DNA of 64,000 nt from Candidatus Methanoperedenaceae archaeon (GTDB taxonomy: Archaea; Halobacteriota; Methanosarcinia; Methanosarcinales; Methanoperedenaceae), in NCBI GenBank assembly GCA_963753595.1, contig CAVWCX010000001.1, positions 96,001 through 160,000 of the forward strand, read 5' to 3'. Below, one piece after another: positions 59,532 to 64,000 of this stretch. How positions within the stretch are numbered: position 1 is the first letter of the stretch; each line of letters opens with the position of its first letter. The position numbers were made by a program, and so were the translations under genes. A model generated the notes under the pieces. That model did not search any database, was not told the DNA's origin, and saw nothing but the letters and a program-made list of their open reading frames with translations.

Positions 59532-62297
59532 ATGGATAGGATAGTGAAGATTTTGAAGCTTAACATATTTTCTGGAATTAAGGATAAAATGGGATTGTTG
59601 CTGATATTGATTGTATTTATTTCTTTTATTCCGATTGTTTTTGGTGCATCTCCGAACGATGCCTGTTTTAGCGGTATATGCCATAGTTCTTCAGGTCCTA
59701 CGATCGACCGCGCCCTGTACGACTCCAATCCACATAAAATAATCAAATGTATCGAATGCCATAATAGCTCAACAAATAACTTAGACCCTAGTCATGGTGT
59801 GTTCATAAGACAATTGAACGGCAGCAAGATCACAGGGCCCTTGACAACAAAATATTATTCCCAAAATTTCTCTCTATGTTATTACTGTCATGCAGAAAAG
59901 AATGTCGTAGGATTTTTACCAGGCTGGATACCCTCAGCTAACCACAGAAATACTACCCCGATTATAGTCTCAAACATAGGTACTAATTTTATCAATATTG
60001 ATCCATTAGGTTATCATAATGGCAGCGAAGGCGGAATTGATTCTGATATACCAACAAATATTCATTGGAATCATCTGGATGCCTTCGGGAGCGAAAATTA
60101 TGGTATTGGAGGCAAATTTGATACTGACATGGATGGAGTAAAAGACTCTTTTCAATCCTGCCCTGCCTGCCATAATGTCCATGGGACAAACTATCCTAAG
60201 ATGACAAGAAATGACTTAGCTATTGCTTATTCTTCTGATGGAAATGGAACATTTGGATATATCGGAAGCGAACAATACAACTTTAAAGGTGGCGATGTCT
60301 TTTGCGGAGGTGGTTGCCACACCTCTGGTATGGGTTATAAATATTATAGAACTGAGATAAAAATATTTCAAGACTGTATCTCATGCCATGTGGATGGTTC
60401 ACCCGGAGATGTAAACAGAACTGCTTTCAGCCTGGGTGAGCATCTTAATATTAATACCACTGGTGGTATTAACTCAGTTAATAACACAGACTGCTGGTCA
60501 TGTCACTTTAACAGGGATATGAATAGAAGCAACATCCGGCAATGTAATTACTGCCATACTGGAAGCGCCAAACCCGAAGCTCCAAGTGCGCCAATTATAA
60601 GAACACATGTCTCGGGAGTAAAGATCACTAATTATTCATGCGCGGATTGCCACAGCAAAGTGATCGTTGATCCTGGAACTGGAATTCCTAATGTAACATC
60701 CCATTATCTAAAGAGACCCAATGTATTAAGTGAAAAGTATTGCGATTATTGCCATGGACCAAATCCAAGCTCTCCATTCAATGCAACAAACAAGACTATT
60801 CCAGCGTTGAACCATGACAATTCGGACTGGAACGGAAATGCCACATGCCGAACATGCCATTCAAATTCCAGTGTTACGGCCGACCCTCTGGCTAATGATT
60901 ATACATCATTCCATGATCTTACTACTGAATTAGGCGATGTATATAATGGAACGGCAAGGGCAGACTGTTTCATATGCCATGTCCAGAACTCCCCACAGTT
61001 TGTCGTGGCTCCATATCCCTCGCATGATATTATTGGCTATAACGCAGAGGATTGCCGTAACTGTCATACATCAGGAACGGGCACGGAACCGCAAAAACTA
61101 CACAGCGTAACTGCATCTGCGACTGGCGGGTGCATACCCTGCCATTCAAATAATGCAACCAGGTATTATGCAAACACAAGCCTCTTTGGAAGACATGCAA
61201 ATGTAAATGCAACAGGTGGTCCGAATAACGTAACAGATGATGATTGTAAGACCTGCCACTTTGGTACTGCAGATGGGACGATGAAGATGAAGCTGGGTGC
61301 AGCGAACTCAAGTAACACGTATTTCTGTGAAGCATGCCATACATCAGCAGGTTCAGGACCAATCCATCCAATAGACAACAACCTTATTAAAGATGGTTTG
61401 CAGCATGGTTCAACAAATTGCCAGTGGTGTCATATTGCAGGTGCTCTTCTTCCAAGGCCATTAGATACTACTTTAAGATATCATCCCAGCGGGCCTCGAG
61501 GAACTGCTGCCGGAAAGAACTGCCTGACATGCCATGGTTCCAATCTCCCGGATTTACCTTTCCATGCACCTGGAATAGTACATTCTTCTGATTTAGATGG
61601 TTGTGGTTATTGTCATTCACAAACAGATAATCATGCTGTTAGCCCATTGAACTCTAACACTCCACCATCGATTTCAGGTTTGTCCGTTACTACAGTAGTT
61701 ACTGCAGGCAATGTAGTGCAAGTTCAAACTACGGTAGCGGATGATATGACTCAGATAGCAGCAGCCCAGTATCAGGTCAAGAAAGGTACAACCACAGTTA
61801 TTGATTGGACAAATATGACTCCAAAGGATGGAAGATTTGATTCGTCAAGTGAAATAGTGAACACCAGTATTGATACATCAGCCCTCCTGGGTACCTACAC
61901 AGTCAACATCAAGGGCATGGCTTCAGCATACAAGACCATTTTAACATTACCTTATTATCCATTGAACGGTCAATGGAGCGGTATCATCAGCGCACAATTT
62001 AGTGTTAACCAACCCACCGGGTATAATAATGGAACTGTGAGTGGAAGATTGGATAATGGTTTAGCAGGTGCGGTAGTATCTACCAATACAAGCGTATCCA
62101 CTACCACTAACGAAACCGGATTTTATTCTTTAAGTTTGACAAATGGCACATATCGGTTGACAGCAAGCAAGGATCCGGAATATTATTCAAATAGCAGTGT
62201 AATAGTGACTGTGATAGCACGCACTAATATAACTACAAATATTATTCTTGATTTGAAACCAACAGGCAATATAACTGGTAAAGTTACGAACAAGTAA
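59532..62297 (+). CDS. extracellular multiheme cytochrome c (~19 sites: 17 CxxCH, 1 Cx3CH, 1 Cx4CH)
   Basis: Signal peptide ...IPIVFGA; the C-terminal ~390 aa are paralogous to the end of 53865. Start uncertain (59421, 59532 or 59589); the ATG at 59532 is within copy 4 of ATGGATAGGATAG. Confidence 0.9.
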   Translation: MDRIVKILKLNIFSGIKDKMGLLLILIVFISFIPIVFGASPNDACFSGICHSSSGPTIDRALYDSNPHKIIKCIECHNSSTNNLDPSHGVFIRQLNGSKITGPLTTKYYSQNFSLCYYCHAEKNVVGFLPGWIPSANHRNTTPIIVSNIGTNFINIDPLGYHNGSEGGIDSDIPTNIHWNHLDAFGSENYGIGGKFDTDMDGVKDSFQSCPACHNVHGTNYPKMTRNDLAIAYSSDGNGTFGYIGSEQYNFKGGDVFCGGGCHTSGMGYKYYRTEIKIFQDCISCHVDGSPGDVNRTAFSLGEHLNINTTGGINSVNNTDCWSCHFNRDMNRSNIRQCNYCHTGSAKPEAPSAPIIRTHVSGVKITNYSCADCHSKVIVDPGTGIPNVTSHYLKRPNVLSEKYCDYCHGPNPSSPFNATNKTIPALNHDNSDWNGNATCRTCHSNSSVTADPLANDYTSFHDLTTELGDVYNGTARADCFICHVQNSPQFVVAPYPSHDIIGYNAEDCRNCHTSGTGTEPQKLHSVTASATGGCIPCHSNNATRYYANTSLFGRHANVNATGGPNNVTDDDCKTCHFGTADGTMKMKLGAANSSNTYFCEACHTSAGSGPIHPIDNNLIKDGLQHGSTNCQWCHIAGALLPRPLDTTLRYHPSGPRGTAAGKNCLTCHGSNLPDLPFHAPGIVHSSDLDGCGYCHSQTDNHAVSPLNSNTPPSISGLSVTTVVTAGNVVQVQTTVADDMTQIAAAQYQVKKGTTTVIDWTNMTPKDGRFDSSSEIVNTSIDTSALLGTYTVNIKGMASAYKTILTLPYYPLNGQWSGIISAQFSVNQPTGYNNGTVSGRLDNGLAGAVVSTNTSVSTTTNETGFYSLSLTNGTYRLTASKDPEYYSNSSVIVTVIARTNITTNIILDLKPTGNITGKVTNK

Positions 62298-62579
62298 GAT
62301 GGTTGATCAAAAGAACATTGTAGATTGAAATAATCCGACATGATGTCACAATGCTATTTTGTGGCTTATTTTTGCTTATAGTAATTATAAAAGGTACAGA
62401 TGGTCCTGGATAGGCTTTTATAATGACTATTTTTTTGTCTCTCAGACTCAGAACTAAAACGATACAAATATATGCAAAGACATTTTAATTAATTAAAAAC
62501 ATTATAAAACGGGATAGGGTTATTTGTATCAAAGATACATTTAAAAATAATTTAATATAAAATCGATAGGAGAAGTAAT

Positions 62580-64000
62580 ATGAGTTGGATAGGAGATAGT
62601 CAATCGCATAGCAAAGCAAATTATATGATCACCGCATTTTTGATTTTGACATTGTTATTATCGTTTTCATTTATAACCATAAATCCAATCCAGGCAAAAT
62701 CGAATATTAAAAATCATAATAATATTAATGGAAATATAACGGATACGGAATGCATAATCTGTCATCCAACACAAGGAACACTATTCCAATCAGAATTGAA
62801 TCAATTGGATAAGCCTTTAATCGAAAATGCATCCAATATTAATTCATTGCTTCAAGTCGGGGAAAATTATACTGCGATCCTTACTTCCGGACAAACACCT
62901 TACCAGCTCGGTCCATTTTTCCGCAGTGGAGCTAATGGTTGGAGCTGGCTGGATACTGGTGCCTGGGGAACAGATAGGCAGAAAAATCTTATCCTGCTTT
63001 CAATATTTGATAATTCTACCGGAAGCATAAAACCTGTCCAAGGATTGACTTCATGGTTATCCTGGCCGCAGGCCAGTTTTAGAAATCATAGCGGGACATA
63101 TAGCTACAAAGCAGATAATGGTCCATCTCCTATAACTATACAGGGAAATTATCCGGATGCCAGTGAATTCTGGATGATTAAAGAGATCAACTTAAGCGGA
63201 CTTAGCACTGCAACTCTTAATTTCTGGACATGGTATTCGATGGAAACAGATTGGGATTATGGATATGTTGCGATATCTTCTGATGGAAATATCTGGATAA
63301 ATCTCCCGGGAAACAATACTACAAATACAAATCCTAATGGCAATAATCTGGGAAATGGAATAACCGGTAACAGTGGTGGAATATGGGTATATGAAACGAT
63401 GGACTTGACATCATATGTCGGAAAAAAGATGTTGATCGGATTCAGATTTGTGTCAGATGCAGCTGTAAATGAAGAGGGAATGTATATAGATGATATTACT
63501 GCAACCGGAGGATTTAGTGATTATGCAGAAACTCTTATTGAAATAAAAACCCTGAGTGTCAATGTTACGTATCCTCGCCTGGCAATACTGAATCCAACAG
63601 ATCCGATGACGAGCGCAAGCACGTTACAGTATAATCCATACGTTCAAAAAGTGGAATTGCATGAAGATATAAGTCATCCTGGCACATACGCTGGATATTT
63701 CCAATACGAACCATTTGGAGGCCAATATTCAGGAAAATATACCGTTTATTTTGATACTGCAATAAACGGCGAACGGGTTATCGGCAATACAACATTCGAT
63801 ACTACTATTTTTGGTTGCCAGGATTGCCACAATAAGAATTATAATGGTGCTGAAACGAGTTTTGTTCATGCGGATGGCGGAGGAATGCAGTCATGTGAAT
63901 ATGTATGTCACAGCGGATCAAGAGGTTTATATGACAATGCATTTATGGGGCCGCCTCTTCCGGCAAATCCAATACATGTGCATGAAATGAAATTCGGACA
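62580..64000 (+). CDS. multiheme cytochrome c with immune-inhibitor-A/MAM-like beta-sandwich domain (3' partial; missing from the ORF track)
   Basis: Hand-translated open frame from ATG 62580 to the window end: signal peptide, CIICH, FWTWYSMETDWDYGYVAISSDG...NPNGNNLGNGITGNSGG...DLTSYVGK..IGFRFVSD...GMYIDDI, CQDCH, CEYVCH. Confidence 0.85.
   Translation, partial: MSWIGDSQSHSKANYMITAFLILTLLLSFSFITINPIQAKSNIKNHNNINGNITDTECIICHPTQGTLFQSELNQLDKPLIENASNINSLLQVGENYTAILTSGQTPYQLGPFFRSGANGWSWLDTGAWGTDRQKNLILLSIFDNSTGSIKPVQGLTSWLSWPQASFRNHSGTYSYKADNGPSPITIQGNYPDASEFWMIKEINLSGLSTATLNFWTWYSMETDWDYGYVAISSDGNIWINLPGNNTTNTNPNGNNLGNGITGNSGGIWVYETMDLTSYVGKKMLIGFRFVSDAAVNEEGMYIDDITATGGFSDYAETLIEIKTLSVNVTYPRLAILNPTDPMTSASTLQYNPYVQKVELHEDISHPGTYAGYFQYEPFGGQYSGKYTVYFDTAINGERVIGNTTFDTTIFGCQDCHNKNYNGAETSFVHADGGGMQSCEYVCHSGSRGLYDNAFMGPPLPANPIHVHEMKFG

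Noticed and set aside
1-64000. tRNA, rRNA, transposase, integrase or ccm maturation genes
   Set aside because: None recognised by eye; heme maturation must be encoded elsewhere. A tRNAscan/Rfam run would be needed to exclude small RNAs.

Overview
AT-rich archaeal chromosomal DNA, most consistent with a Methanosarcinales anaerobic methanotroph of the Ca. Methanoperedens type (inferred from gene content, not verified). Bases 1-8 kb hold a KaiC-like ATPase/PhnD-like binding protein/histidine kinase/receiver operon, DUF2150, a methyltransferase and rlmE. A palindrome-rich intergenic stretch follows at 9.2-10.2 kb. From ~10.2 kb to the end is a >50-kb extracellular multiheme cytochrome c (MHC) island: 12 MHC genes with about 123 heme-binding motifs by manual count, AglB, a GT-C glycosyltransferase, two SipW/Sec11-type signal peptidases, a MinD-like ATPase and a two-component system. 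The central observation is a twice-repeated 7-gene cassette. It is built around one family of tetraheme modules whose signal peptides end in a SipW/TasA-like T-x-[AS]-x-F motif. The module occurs as single subunits, as two pentaheme paralogs with conserved ends and a variable centre, and as 2x/3x fusions whose last heme site is CxxCK; one fusion carries a ~3,500-aa Ig-repeat stalk. I interpret this as a candidate dedicated assembly system for a cytochrome nanowire or pilus. A sense-strand ATGGATAGGATAG motif recurs upstream of the MHC genes. Three clear single-base frameshifts and a fourth possible one are present and may be assembly errors. All motif counts and alignments were done by eye.
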